Positions 1-12,739 of a stretch of 64,000 nt of DNA are shown here, piece after piece (position 1 is the stretch's first letter; every line of letters starts with the position of its first letter). Made by a program: the position numbers and the translations under genes. Under the pieces are notes generated by a model. That model was not told the origin of the DNA. It saw only the letters and a program-made list of their open reading frames with translations, and made no database searches. Location: NCBI GenBank assembly GCA_032718475.1, contig JAUCBJ010006629.1, positions 1-64,000 on the forward strand. The letters run 5' to 3'. This DNA is from Nemertoderma westbladi (taxonomy: Eukaryota > Animalia > Xenacoelomorpha).

Positions 1-168
1 GGATCGTATTGTGTCCGAACGGATCCAGAATCGCTGTTGTTGGGTGGAACACCGGGTTGATTTATATTCTAAATTCTGTAACTGGGGAGGTTATCAACCG
101 GATTGAAGGAACTGGGAGCATCATCCAAGCGGTGGATTTCTGTAAAGATTACCGGCATATTATTACAG
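1..168 (+). CDS. Internal exon (5' partial) encoding WD40-repeat sequence of the Roco-CARD gene
   Basis: Frame 3 is open: IVLCPNGSRIAVVGWNTGLIYILNSVTGEVINRIEGTGSIIQAVDFCKDYRHIIT(G). It ends at donor ACAG|GTAATT (168/169), phase 1, matching the acceptor TTTATACAG|GA at 6030/6031. The join gives ...AVDFCKDYRHIITGDVGGTITVID, a WD40-like blade. Confidence 0.8.
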
Positions 169-441
169 GTAATTAATAATAGACCTCTTTTATTAAAACA
201 CGTTATATTAATTAATTAGGCCTAGAGTCTAATTCAGTACCGTACCACGTACCATAGTAAGTAATAATCATTATAACACTTAAATGAATTAATTACATTA
301 ATTATTATTATTTAATTTTATTTTATTTAATTAATAATTTACTTACCGATATGATGCGGATTAACTGAACATAACCTTCACTGCCTCCTGCCAATATTGG
401 GTACCATGGGAACGAAATTTAAATTAGTCTAATATCAATAC

Positions 442-2537
442 TTATTGCACGGTTATCAAGTTATTTTCCCGTATATTTTACCCGAGGGCAGGAATAACCC
501 GAGGGCGTAGCCCGAGGGTTTCCTGCCCGAGGGTATCCCTCCCTTCAATTGCCACTTGATAACCGGGCAATAAATGTGTTATTCCACATTATTAACATTT
601 CTAAAAGGGTTTTGTTTGGGGGCAAGTGAAGTAAATGGGGCTTGGTATTTTGGGGGGATTAAATATATATCAATGGAAGCTTCCTGGTCAGAAAAACCGT
701 CACATCACTACTAGAACTACAGCACACGGCTTTCACCATAAATTGTGTCTTAACAACAAGCCATTCCACGAACTAACACCGGACTGCCAATGCAAATACT
801 GCCACAACTCCTGTGCCTTTCGATATCACGTCCTTGACTGCCCCAACGTCCCCTCGCTCTCTCAGCTTGCCTCATAGACCGCCCCACTCACACACTACAT
901 ACATAATCCAAATTACTGTCACCCATCAAAAACGGTACACAACCAAACACTGACACACACCAAAATTAACTGCTACACTCACACTCACAGCTACAACCTA
1001 CATCAACTTACTACAGTAGGTTTATTAATTATATTGTTATATATTCCCGGTATGTATACTGTACTTACTGTTTCAATTACTGTGTCCCCGTTACGTACGT
1101 GTATTATTTCTGCATAGTGTATACTCCCGGTTACTGTTACTTACTGTTTAACTCTTACTGTTTCTTATGTTTAATTTACCCCGAGTGGGGGTGTATATTA
1201 TAATTAAAAAAAAAAATATATATATCAATATATATTAAATCATTAAAATGCATTTGTGCATACAGAATGATTAAATAATGCATAACTAAATACTGTATAA
1301 CTACAGAAGATATCGGAAAATTAAAATTTTGTATTTAATTTAATATTTAATAATATTTAAAATTTTCCCTCATCCTCCGATATTTTCGATAGATGTATCA
1401 TTTAATTTTGGTGAAAATAGTATGTTATAATAAACTATAGGCGCGCCAGATCCATATTTACTGTAGAACACATCATGCAGAGCAGGTGCAGGTGCTACAG
1501 TGGTAGCCTAAATTTGGACCTCTGATAGGCCTAATAGTTTTCTAAAACCTTTTGTAAACTGGATAAAAATAGTGAGTCAGTGCCCCACCCTATCTAAATG
1601 GGACATTTGGAGCCTAGTCAGCCAGGATCTGAAATATTTCTTGAGCTTCCCGACACATTCACGAGTTATTATTTAAAAGTTTCATGATATAAAGACTAAC
1701 ATCGGTGTTTATTGTTCTTCGATAGGACGCAGTTTCACAGAGATTTGAGCTTATTGAGGAGACATTCGAGAATATTCACTAACTTGCTATGCTCGTTCTT
1801 GTGAATGCCTGTACTTGACCCCTGCGTGACAGAAACACTTTAGGGCCCACTTTATATCGAATACAGAAAAACTAATAATTTATTAGGACTTCATATTGGT
1901 GCATGCGGAACCATTTATAGTAGACATATAAATATCAAGGAAATTAATTGCGTTGTGGTTTAACAGTTTAATTATATCGGAGCCTTGAACTCGGGTCTCT
2001 GACTCCAGATGTTTGTGGGTTCGAGTCCAGGAAGGTGGCCAGGGAAATTTTCATTCCGGATTCGCATAAATCTCCGTTAGGCCTATATATAAAAAAGACT
2101 GATTCCGTGTTACATTACCGTAATCATTAGCATATACTGTAGTTACAAAACAACAGTTTTATTTAAAGCCAGATTTATTATTATTCAAATAAAATCAATA
2201 TTCATTTCACAGTACCACACACAGGTACTACCAGTATTAAGCCTCCTACCATGCCAAGCAGCTTGGTCTAGTCAGCCCACTGCCTGGCTACAGGCAGCGT
2301 ACCGTACCGGTCTGGTACTTTCAATTTCAGATAATGCATAATGATACAAAAATGTGTTGTGGTACCGGTAGGTATGTTCTGAAAATCTGATTTGCTAATA
2401 GAGCTAGGCCTAGGATAATAGGCAGTTGCATAGCAACGCGGGAATATCACTGATATTTTCCCGTGGGCAAAAAGTGATATTTTTTAGGTAGCCCACTATT
2501 AGAAGTGATATTTAACCCGCTCATAAATGGGGAATAA
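442..2537. repeat. Copy 1 of a head-to-tail ~1.7 kb non-coding element (possibly a non-autonomous Crypton-type DNA element)
   Basis: Near-identical to 2544-4269. Termini TTATT...AATAA; subterminal inverted repeat enclosing CCCGAGGGCGTAGCCCGAGGG. Carries a LINE insertion and lacks ~180 bp present in copy 2. Family assignment is tentative. Confidence 0.75.
675..1216 (+). mobile_element. 5'-truncated LINE (3' end of RT ORF, 3' UTR, A-tail)
   Basis: WKLPGQKNRHITTRTTAHGFHHKLC...CKYC...YHVLDC aligns with the C-terminus of the LINE ORF at 31801. Flanked by TSD ATATATATCAAT; the empty site is present in the sister copy at ~2763-2775. Confidence 0.9.
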
Positions 2538-2543
2538 CAATAA

Positions 2544-4269
2544 TTATTGCACGGTTATCAAGTTATTTTCCCGTATATTTTACCCGAGGGCAGGAATAAC
2601 CCGAAGGCGTAGCACGAGGGTTTCCTGCCCGAGGGTAAAATATTAGGGAAAATAACTTGATAACCGGGCAATAAATGTGTTATTCCACATTACTAACATT
2701 TCTAAAAGGGTTTTGTTTGGGGGCAAGTGAAGTAAATGGGGCTTGGTATTTTGGGGGGATTAAATATATATCAATATATATTAAATCATTAAAATGTATT
2801 TGTGCATAAAGAATAATTAAATAATGCATTACTAAATACTGTATAACTACAGTAGATACCGGAAAATTAAAATTATATATTTAATTTAATTTAATTTTTA
2901 ATAATATTTAAAATTTTCCCTCATCCTCCGATATTTTCGATAAATGTATCATTTAATTTTGGTGAAAAAAGTATGTTTTAATAAACTATAGGCGCGCCAG
3001 ATTCATATTTACTGTAGAACACATCATGCAGAGCAGGTGCAGATGCTACAGTGGTAGCCTAACTTTGGACCACTGATAGGCCTAATAATTTTCTAAAACC
3101 TTTTGTAAACTAGATAAAAATAGTGAGTCAGTGTCCCACCCTATCTAAATGGGACATTTGGAGTCTAGTCAGCCAGGATCTGAAATATTTCTTGAGTTTC
3201 CCGACACATTCACGAGTTATTTTTTAAAAGTTTCATGATATAAAGACTAACATCAGTGTTTATTGTTCTTCGATAGGACGCAGTTTCACAGAGATTTGAG
3301 CTTATTGAGGAGACATTCGAGAATATTCACTAACTCGCTATGCTCGTTCTTGTGAATGCCTGTACTTGACCCCTGCGTGACAAAAACACTTTAGGGCCTA
3401 CTTTATATCGAATACAGAAAAACTAATAATTTATTAGGACTTCATATTGGTGCATGTGGAACCATTTATAGTAGACATATAAATATCAAGGAAATTCATT
3501 GTGTAGTGGTTTAACAGTTTAATTATATCGGAGCCTTGAACTCGGGTTTCAGACTCCAGATGTTTGTGGGTTCGAGTCCAGGAAGGTGGCCAGGGAAATT
3601 TTCATTCCGGATTCGCATAAATCTCCGTTAGGCCTATATATAAATAAGACTGATTCCGTGTTACATTACCGTAATCATCAGCATACTGTAGTTACAAAAC
3701 AACAGTTTTATTTAAAGCCAGCTTTATTATTATTCAAATAAAATCAATATTCATTTCCTAAGACTGCGTCCAACTTACATATTAAACATAAAGATAGAAA
3801 AGAGCACGAAATATGTACTGTAGGGCCTACCTAATGTAGCCTGCTGTATAGACTTGTATCGCTACCAGTCCACATCTTCAGAGCTTCGCAGCTTTATCCT
3901 CCAGGCAGTCGGACAGCAATTAAGTTATGAACAAATCGTACAGTAGCACACACAGGTACCACCAGTATTAAGCCTCCTACCATGCAAAGCAGCTTGGTCT
4001 ACTCAGCCCACTGCCTGGCTACAGGCAGCGTACCGTACCGGTCTGGTACTATCAATTTCAGACAATGCAATAATGATACAAAAATGTGTTGTGGTACCGG
4101 TAGGTATGTTCTGACAATCTGATTTTCTAATAGAGCTAGGCCAAGGATAATAGGCAGTTGCATAGCAACGCGGGAATATCACTGATATTTTCCCGTGGGC
4201 AAAAAGTGATATTTTTTAGGTAGCCCACTATTAGAAGTGATATTTAACCCGCTCATAAATGGGGAATAA
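2544..4269. repeat. Copy 2 of the head-to-tail element
   Basis: Direct repeat of 442-2537 without the LINE insertion. Confidence 0.8.
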
Positions 4270-4689
4270 CAGAATATAGACCACTGAAAATCAGAAGTTA
4301 TTACAACATAGTCCCTGTAGTCGGATAGTTTTAGGTGCGGTTTGGTTCCGGTAAATGTAACATAAAAATAAACTAATAAACCAGCAATTAGCTTAATAAT
4401 ATTATGTATTCAGTTATCTGTTAGGTTGTTTGTTATTGACTTGTATCAATGGCGTTTTAACCAACTGGTAGTTCTACTTAAATAAACAAATTATAATGGT
4501 GCCAATAGGCGTACCGGTACTGCAATGCAGTAAAGTAACTGTAAGAGAATACAAGCAGTAATGTATAATATAAACTTTCATTTTCAAGTCTGCCACACAT
4601 TCTCATTACTTAGGCATACAACCTTGCCCGTATTAAAGTGTCCTTTTAGATAAGAAGGGACATCCATAACCCGCACCCCACCTCATTTT

Positions 4690-5434
4690 TATACAATCTT
4701 TGTCATACTTTATTTAACATGGAGCTACAAAGAATTTTCTATTTTGAATTTATAGACGTTTAACGTTTGCGATATCGCCCTCATTGCATTACGACCATTC
4801 CTCATATTAGCCACAACGACATATTATTAGAAAGCTCGAGTTGTAAGGATTCCAAATATAAATATATTTTGAGTTTCGTTGAGAAACAGCTGAGATATAA
4901 TACTGGCGTTCAAAGATTGTGATAAATTATCATTCGCTGGAAGTCATTTATTATAATTAATATAAACACAACATTCTAGAACGTGATATTATTTTTATCA
5001 TTTTCATGATAAAAATCCCATTTATTTATCCTAATTATAATATATTATTATATTTATGTATGCATAGCTACACATATACATAAATAACTGGTATATTATA
5101 ATGAAAGATAATTTTTGCAATCTTAGACCGTCCATATCTCATCTGTTTATCAACGAAATTTAGACATTAATACATATTTGGAATCCTCACAATGCAAACT
5201 TTCAAATATATAAAAAGTAAATATGAGAAAATGGGCAACAAAACGAAGGCAACAATTTCGTAACAGACACTTTTATAATACGCTTACGTAAAAATTTAAA
5301 TGTAAAATTGAAAATTCCGGTTACATAGGGTCCTCTGCTCTGAGTTGAACTAATACAATTTTTAATAAGGAAACAGCTTATTTCTGCGAGTTAAATTATC
5401 GTGCAGTAGGGAGCTCATTTTTGACTCATACTGT
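4690..5434. mobile_element. Decayed palindromic MITE-like DNA element
   Basis: Diverged inverted arms centred near 5000, e.g. AAGGATTCCAAATAT / ATATTTGGAATCCT and TTCGTTGAGAAACAGCTGAGATA / TATCTCATCTGTTTATCAACGAA. Tc1-like end TTTTTGACTCATACTG near 5432. Boundaries approximate. Confidence 0.45.
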
Positions 5435-6030
5435 TTGGAATATGACTATTTTATTTACAGCCACATTTACTATTTACAACTTTATGGCAATATTCCTGAT
5501 CTCTTACGGGGTCAGGCAAAGACAACTTTTCTCTATAGTATTTAGACCGGTATTGATACAGAATATGAAACTCTGACCTTTTTTAAATTTCCCGCCACCA
5601 CAAACAGAGAAATGTATTATTGGATTTGGTAGGTTTTCTCATGTTACAATAAGTGTGGAATTATTGTGATTATATTACTCAAGAAATTATTGGTATTATT
5701 GTACTGTTTATAGCAGAGTGTCTTTTTCAAAAATTACGAGTGTATTACGAGTGTACAAATTGTATAAAACATTAAGTATCATCTGTAAGATTGGGTGCTT
5801 CTGTTAGTTCTGGGTGTGGAGGTTTTTATCAACCATATCTAGCGGGTTGTTGTTTATATTAACATAACAGTATATCAGTGTCTTCGGCTCAGAAATAGTT
5901 CAAACAACTTAACTTATCTTTATAATTTTAACCATCCTATTGTCCCGTTTATCATTGCTACTGTATAATACGTAATATTGGATGTCAACTCAGTGGAAAG
6001 ACAGCTTAACAATAATTATACTTTATACAG

Positions 6031-9000
6031 GAGATGTTGGCGGCACAATTACAGTAATTGATAGTGAAGGTCAAACTGAAACAAAGAAAACTATCAAACA
6101 GGTGGAAAGTATATTGGAGAAAACTGAAGAATTAAAGGGAATTGTTGAGTATATCGGATGGGTTGGTCCCATAAATAAACCACTCCAGGGTAAGATAAAT
6201 AATATAATTAAGTCTACTGTTGGTGTTCTTTCAGATAAGGAAAAACAACTTTACTTTAGACTGGATGCAGATATTTCTGAGTTAACAACACAGAATCTGG
6301 TTAGTATTTGGGGTTTAGATGAAGTTTCAACAATAGAAATCGTTAAGAAATTCAGAGACTTGGGACTTCTGTCTACAAGTGAATTAAATTCTCTGAAAGT
6401 TCCAAAACTTTTAATTAATTATATAAAAGAACAAAAACTGCCAATAGAGATACTGGCGAGAGGCCCAGAAGCATTGGCTGCTTATAAAGCAGCTCTTTCT
6501 AAAGGGACTACATGGATACTGAAAACCCGGTTAATGTTAGTCGGACAAGAGAGGGCTGGTAAAACCAGTTTGAAGAAGGCCCTTATTGGTCAACCGTTTG
6601 ATATTAATGAACAAATAACAGATGGTATTGACTCATCTGCTAACTGTATTATAAATACCGCACAAAACACAGATTGGACCAACTTACGAGATAAAGATAA
6701 AGAAAACTTGGAGAAAGATGTCAATGACTTTGTTACTAAACAAATAGCAAAAACTGTTCTAGAAAGTAAACAAGTTGCAGATAATAAAAGTGATGATTCT
6801 GGAACTTCTGGAAAGGTTGTTGGAAGTGTGACTCCCATAGTTTCAACCTCTTCATCAGCAGCTAATGCTAAACCTACAGAGATTCCTATTACAGTTGCAA
6901 GTGGAAGTGCTGATAAAGTTCCAACCATTAGTTTGTGGAGGAGGTTAGTTTCCAAAATTACACGCAATAAAGATCAGATCAGTAATGAATGTGAAGTCAG
7001 GGTCACAGAGGGAAGCATTGGTAGACATAGAGAAGGTACAGGATATATTCAATCCAAACATGATTCTTCTGAAACACAAATCCCTGCAAATATATCTAAA
7101 GGAGTAGAAGATATACTCACATCTGGTAAACCCCAAGATATTCTGGCTAAATTTAATGAGGAAGACAGTCCCTTTTCTCTACAGATAATCGATTTTGGAG
7201 GCCAATGTATTTATTATACAACCCATCAGATATTTTTGAGTAGACGTGCTATTTACATAATTGTATTTGATTTGACAAAAGATCTCGACAAAACAGCTGA
7301 TGTTATTGTTAGAGCTGATGACACCAACATAAAAGTTTATGGCGAGATGACCAATATTGAATTTATAGATTTTTGGTTAAGGAGTATTTACTCATTTGGT
7401 TCGAATTTTGATGAAAAAACATCAAATGTTGTCGGCCCACCAGTATTTATAGTCGGAACTCATAAAGGTAGTTTAGATGCTGATTCTAGAACTCAATCAA
7501 CTTTAGCAACTAATATTTTTAAATCCATTAACAACTATATAGATAAAACTCACCTTACAAGTAATTTAGTAAAGGAATTTTATGCATTGGAAAATAATAA
7601 AGAAATTGTGAGTGATAGCGCTGAAGAACTGGAGAATTTGCAGCAAGATATTGCCAAGGAAATGATTAGGTTCAAAGAGGAAATACCTCTACAATATTTA
7701 AAATTTGAACAACTTGTGACCCAATTTATAAAGGATTGCAAAGTTTATATTAACATTGACGAATTAAAAGTAAAGTTAAATGCTATTGATGTAGAAATGA
7801 ATGACATTGGTTTGAAAACAATGTTAGAATTTTACCACGATTTGGGTACAATAATTTACTTTGATGATGAATCTCTAAGAGACACTGTTATAATGAGCCC
7901 AGAATGGTTGAGTGGAATGTTTACCAAAATAATAACTGTAAAAGACAAAATAAAGAAACAACACTTTACTTTCTGGAAGGACCTGGATGACAATGGTATA
8001 TTACATGAAGAACTCCTTGATTATCTGTGGGAAGGCGTTCTTGATAAAAAACAATTTATGTTGAATATTCTAGAACGTTTTGATTTACTATGTGAAAGAG
8101 TTTTGCCTCAGATTAAAGGAACTTTAAACCAAAATATAAAGCGATCCTATTACGTTCCGTGCAGACTGAAACCAGTAAATATAAATCCGTTTGTACCAAA
8201 ATATTCCAGCTTGGAATTTTATATAATATTCGATAGTTTCTTACCAGAAAGTTTGTACTACCGTTTAATTAAGAGAACTATAGATTTGTCCTACATTGTA
8301 GGCGATGGTGTAATTCAACCTAAACTATACCACAGAGTTGCTCAAATATTTTTAGATTGTAATCATGAAATTATCTTGGAAAGATCTGCTAATTCGTTGC
8401 ATCGGGTCAAAGTTCAGATCATTAGAACTGAAGAGGTTAATACAGAAAGAGAATCAACTGGAAGGAAAGGGAGACCGGATCCACAGCTGGTCAATAAAGT
8501 GAAGTGTTATCTTAATAATTCATTGCAGGAATTCCTTAAACAAATTCGAATAAAAAACATTTCGTTTAGTATTCATTTAAAATGTCAATGTAATTCAAAA
8601 TGCGAACAGCACAATGAAATTAACTGTAGGGAAGAAATTTGTTTCCATTTTATTAAAATCGATGAAAATATTTCAGATAATAAAGTCAAATGTAAGTTTC
8701 ATAAACATATGGAAAGCAACTTAATAAGAGAAAAATATACAGGTGATTTAAGTTCACATTGGAAGAAAATAACGTCTAAGGAGAATGAACTTCTAGATAA
8801 ACTAGAAATATTGGAACTTATAATTTTTTTAGAAGCTAAGCGAACTTTGTCTCGGGATGTTTTATCTATAATTAACTCGAAACCAAATGTATTCAGTAAA
8901 ATAAAGACTTTATTGGAGGCAATAAAATGGGGTACAGAAAATAATTACGAAATATTTATTGAAGGATTAAAGGAAACATATCAAACTCATATAGTAAATA

Positions 9001-9320
9001 TTTTAGGGGATAAAACAACAGATGATGATAAAAAGTTTCCGTTGATACTAACTAAATATAAGTTTGTTTTAGTTAATAGAATCGAACCAAACTTGGTAAT
9101 AAAATTACTTTGTAGCCAACAAGTGTTTAGGGATTCTATAGCTGAATCAATCAATAGTAAAGAATCCACAGTGGCGAAGAATAATGAACTGGTCAACGCG
9201 ATAATTAGAAGGTCATACAACGATTTTCTTACATTCTGTCAATGTCTGAGAGAAACAAATCAGGTTCAAATAGCTGATATCCTGACTACAGCTGTACATA
9301 ATTTAGATGATTTAGTCTAA
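6031..9320 (+). CDS. Terminal exon of a Roco-family protein: WD40 end, winged-helix-like segment, Roc GTPase, COR, two CARD-like death-fold domains
   Basis: Roc motifs: G1 MLVGQERAGKTSL, G2 ITDGID, G3 IIDFGGQCIYYTTHQIFLS, G4 IVGTHKG. COR signature LEFYHDLGTIIYFDDESLRDTVIMSPEWL. Two C-terminal ~85-aa helical repeats ending FIEGLKETYQTHIVNIL and FCQCLRETNQVQIADIL are CARD-like. The ORF-track start at 5982 lies upstream of the splice acceptor. Confidence 0.9.
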
Positions 9321-10085
9321 ATATAAAAATAATTATATGCAATTTTCAGTGTTTAATTTTGTTACCAACCAGAGATAAATAATGTATTGGATATGATGGG
9401 AATATATCCCATAATAATGTTATTTAGCAAGAATGGTAAGGATAATATTTCATAATTATTTTTTACTTATAATGCCAGTCAGGGCCGGACACACAATTTC
9501 TACTAGCATTTTATAGCTATTCGTGTCCGACCCACCATCCACTATATTAAATATATAAAATGTAGTGTAATTTCTATTATATTACGGTAAATATACATTC
9601 AAGTTAAAGTTTAATAATTATTTTATAAGTTTTCTCTTTTATAGATGGAAATACGAATATCTCCTGATCTCGGAATCGTAAACCAGTAAACTGTCAGGCT
9701 CTGAACCAAATCAAACAACCGCCTAAATTATAAAACAGATAACTTGAAATCTTTTAGTATCGCCGATCCGATATGATAACCCCGATTCTGGACTGTAATG
9801 AACCGACATGATTTGTTCCTTATCAGATATTCGTCGTAGTCTGGGAAACCAGGAAATCTGGAAACACAAACCTGGAATCTACTGGAACTCAAATATTAGT
9901 TGCTTAACGGAGATGTTGGAACCAAATTACTTGGAACACAATTATCGAAAACTTCAGAATAAGTTAGTAATAAATTGTTACATGGAATATATCCTACAGT
10001 CGGGGTCTCAAAGTGTATCTGGTATTACCGTTATTTTAAATACATTATTAATAAATTATATTATTTATACTTATTTTATAGGTAG

Positions 10086-11845
10086 AGCTCATAAACTCTA
10101 TCCACTAACCCATCGGAACCCAAAACTCTATACACAAACCCATCGGAACCATAAACTCTATCCACCAACCCATCGGAACCCTAAACTCTATCCACCAACC
10201 CATCGGAACCATAAACTCTATCCACCAACCCATCGGAACCATAAACTCTATCCACCAACCCATCGGAACCATAAACTCTATCCACCAACCCATCGGAACC
10301 CTAAACTCTATCCACCAACCCATCGGAACCATAAACTCTATCCACCAACCCATCGGAACCATAAACTCTATCCACCAACCCATCGGAACCATAAACTCTA
10401 TCCACCAACCCATCGGAACCATAAACTCTATCCACCAACCCATCGGAACCATAAACTCTATCCACCAACCCATCGGAACCATAAACTCTATCCACCAACC
10501 CATCGGAACCATCAACTACATCCACCAACCCATCGGAACCATAATCTGTATCCACCAACACATCGGAAGCCTAAACTCTATCCACCAACCCATCGGAACC
10601 ATAAACTCTATCCACCAACACATCGGAACCCTAAACTCTATCCACCAACCCATCGGAACCATAAACTCTATCCACCAACCGATCGGAACCATAAACTCTA
10701 TCCACCAACCCATCGGAACCATAAAATCTATCTACCAACCCATCGGAACCATAAACTCTATCCACCAACCCATCGGAACCATAAACTCTATCCACTAATC
10801 CATCGGACTCATAAACTCTATCCACCAACTCATCGGAACCATAACCTCTATCCACCAACCCATCGGAACCATAACATCTATCCACCAACCCATCGGGAAC
10901 CATAACCTCTATCCACCAAACCATCGGAACCATAAACTCTATCCACCAACCCATCGGACTCATCATAAACTCTGTCCAGTAATCCATCGGAACCATAACC
11001 TCTATCCACCAACCCATCGGAACCATCACCTCTATCCACCAACCCCTCGGAACCATAAACTCTATCCACCAACCCATCGGAACCATAAACTCTATCCACC
11101 AAACCATCGGAACCATAAACTCTATCCACCAACCCATCGGAACCATAACATCTATCCACCAACCCATCGGAACCATAAACTCTTTCCACCAACCCATCGG
11201 AACCATAATCTGTATCCACCAACACATCGGAAGCCTAAACTCTATCCACCAACCCATCGGAACCATAAACTCTATCTACCAACACATCGGAACCCTAAAC
11301 TCTATCCACCAACCCATCGGAACCATAAACTCTATCCACCAACCCATCGGAACCATAAACTCTATCCACCAACCCATCGGAACCATAAACTCTATCTACC
11401 AACCCATCGGAACCATAAACTCTATCCACCAACCCATCGGAACCAAAAACTCTATCCACTAACCCATCGGACTCATAAACTCTATCCACCAACTCATCGG
11501 AACCATAACCTCTATCCACCAACCCATCGGAACCATAACCTCTATCCACCAACCCATCGGGAACCATAACCTCTATCCACCAAACCATCGTACCATAAAC
11601 TCTATCCACCAACCCATCGGACTCATAATAAACTCTGTCCAGTAATCCATCGGAACCATAACCTCTATCCACCAACCCATCGGAACCATCAACTCTATCC
11701 ACCAACCCCTCGGAACCATAAACTCTATCCACCAACCCATCGGAACCATAAACTCTATCCACCAAACCATCGGAACCATAAACTCTGTCCACAAACCCAT
11801 CGGAACCATAAACTCTGTCCACTAAACCTTCGGAGTTATAAGATT
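10086..11845. repeat. 30-bp minisatellite, roughly 58 units (CCACCAACCCATCGGAACCATAAACTCTAT)
   Basis: Direct inspection; includes higher-order duplicated variant blocks (10800-11130 vs 11455-11790). Confidence 0.97.
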
Positions 11846-12739
11846 TGGCAACTGACATGGATCTTAATTACTGGTAAGTAATAATTATGATTTTTTTGCC
11901 TTTGCTTGGTCACAGTGCAAACCTATCATCGAACATACGTCAATAAACATATTTCTATACATTAAACTATGATATACTAGATATATAGTATATTGCATGT
12001 CACAGTTATATAAATTAAATGAAACTAAAACATGAGTGGACTAGACTATGTCACTAATACACACTACTAGGACGAGAGAGAATGGACTGGACAGTTGAAA
12101 TGAGATTTTTTCATAGTTGTCGCAATTTCGTTTCTCTCAAGTTCAGTATCCCTTTCAAGTTGGTCTTTATATGTTATAGCCGGTCGTCCACGCAAACACT
12201 TTCCCTCTGTTGGTTGCCAGTAAAGCAGATCTGGTATTAAAACCTCATGTTTACTTCTCCAGCAGTGCCCACTGAATGTTAATCTGCATTCACGGGGGTT
12301 GTGTGGTTGATCAATGTGTTATATGTCATATTGTTGACATATGTTCGTATTGTCATATTGTTGTCTCCAGATGTTATGTTTATCATTAATGTTTCATTTT
12401 TCTGTTAAAATGACATTTTCTTATTCCTTATTTATTTATAGATTAAGTCTACCGCAAAAAGAAACACAATTTAAATAATTTAATAAATTAAATGAATGAA
12501 CTGAGCGATTTTGTGTAACTTATGATGATGATTCGCCATTTACAAACTCCAGTTGGTCGCCACTATCTCACTAAACCTTAAAGTAAGTGTAGCATGTATT
12601 CATAAAATAAACACTGACTTTTTTACTTAGATCTTTATAATGGTACAGCACCGGTATTGGTTTCTTGGTTTCTTCTATTAAATAACAACAGCAGACTAGT
12701 TAGTGTTTATTAAGTTGCACAGAGTTTAAGATAAGCTGT

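Larger units (their letters stand above)
169..6030 (+). other. Inferred 5.9 kb GT-AG intron containing repeats
   Basis: GT donor at 169, pyrimidine-rich AG acceptor ending 6030, compatible phase; additional small exons inside cannot be excluded. Confidence 0.65.

Noticed and set aside
1950-2040. tRNA gene (GGGTTCGAGTCC), also at ~3510-3595
   Set aside because: Only a B-box/T-loop-like motif; no acceptor or anticodon stems could be folded.
5982-6030. ATG start of the 1112-aa ORF
   Set aside because: Lies in intron-like sequence upstream of a good acceptor; splicing to exon 1-168 restores a WD40 repeat.
9808-11858. Repeat-peptide ORFs (PPTHRNHKLY, MVPMGWWIEF, GSDGLVDRVY)
   Set aside because: By-products of a 30-bp unit lacking stops in several frames; broken by 1-nt indels.
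12441-12660. Possible small exons flanked by TAG and GTAAGT
   Set aside because: No convincing open frame or recognisable product.
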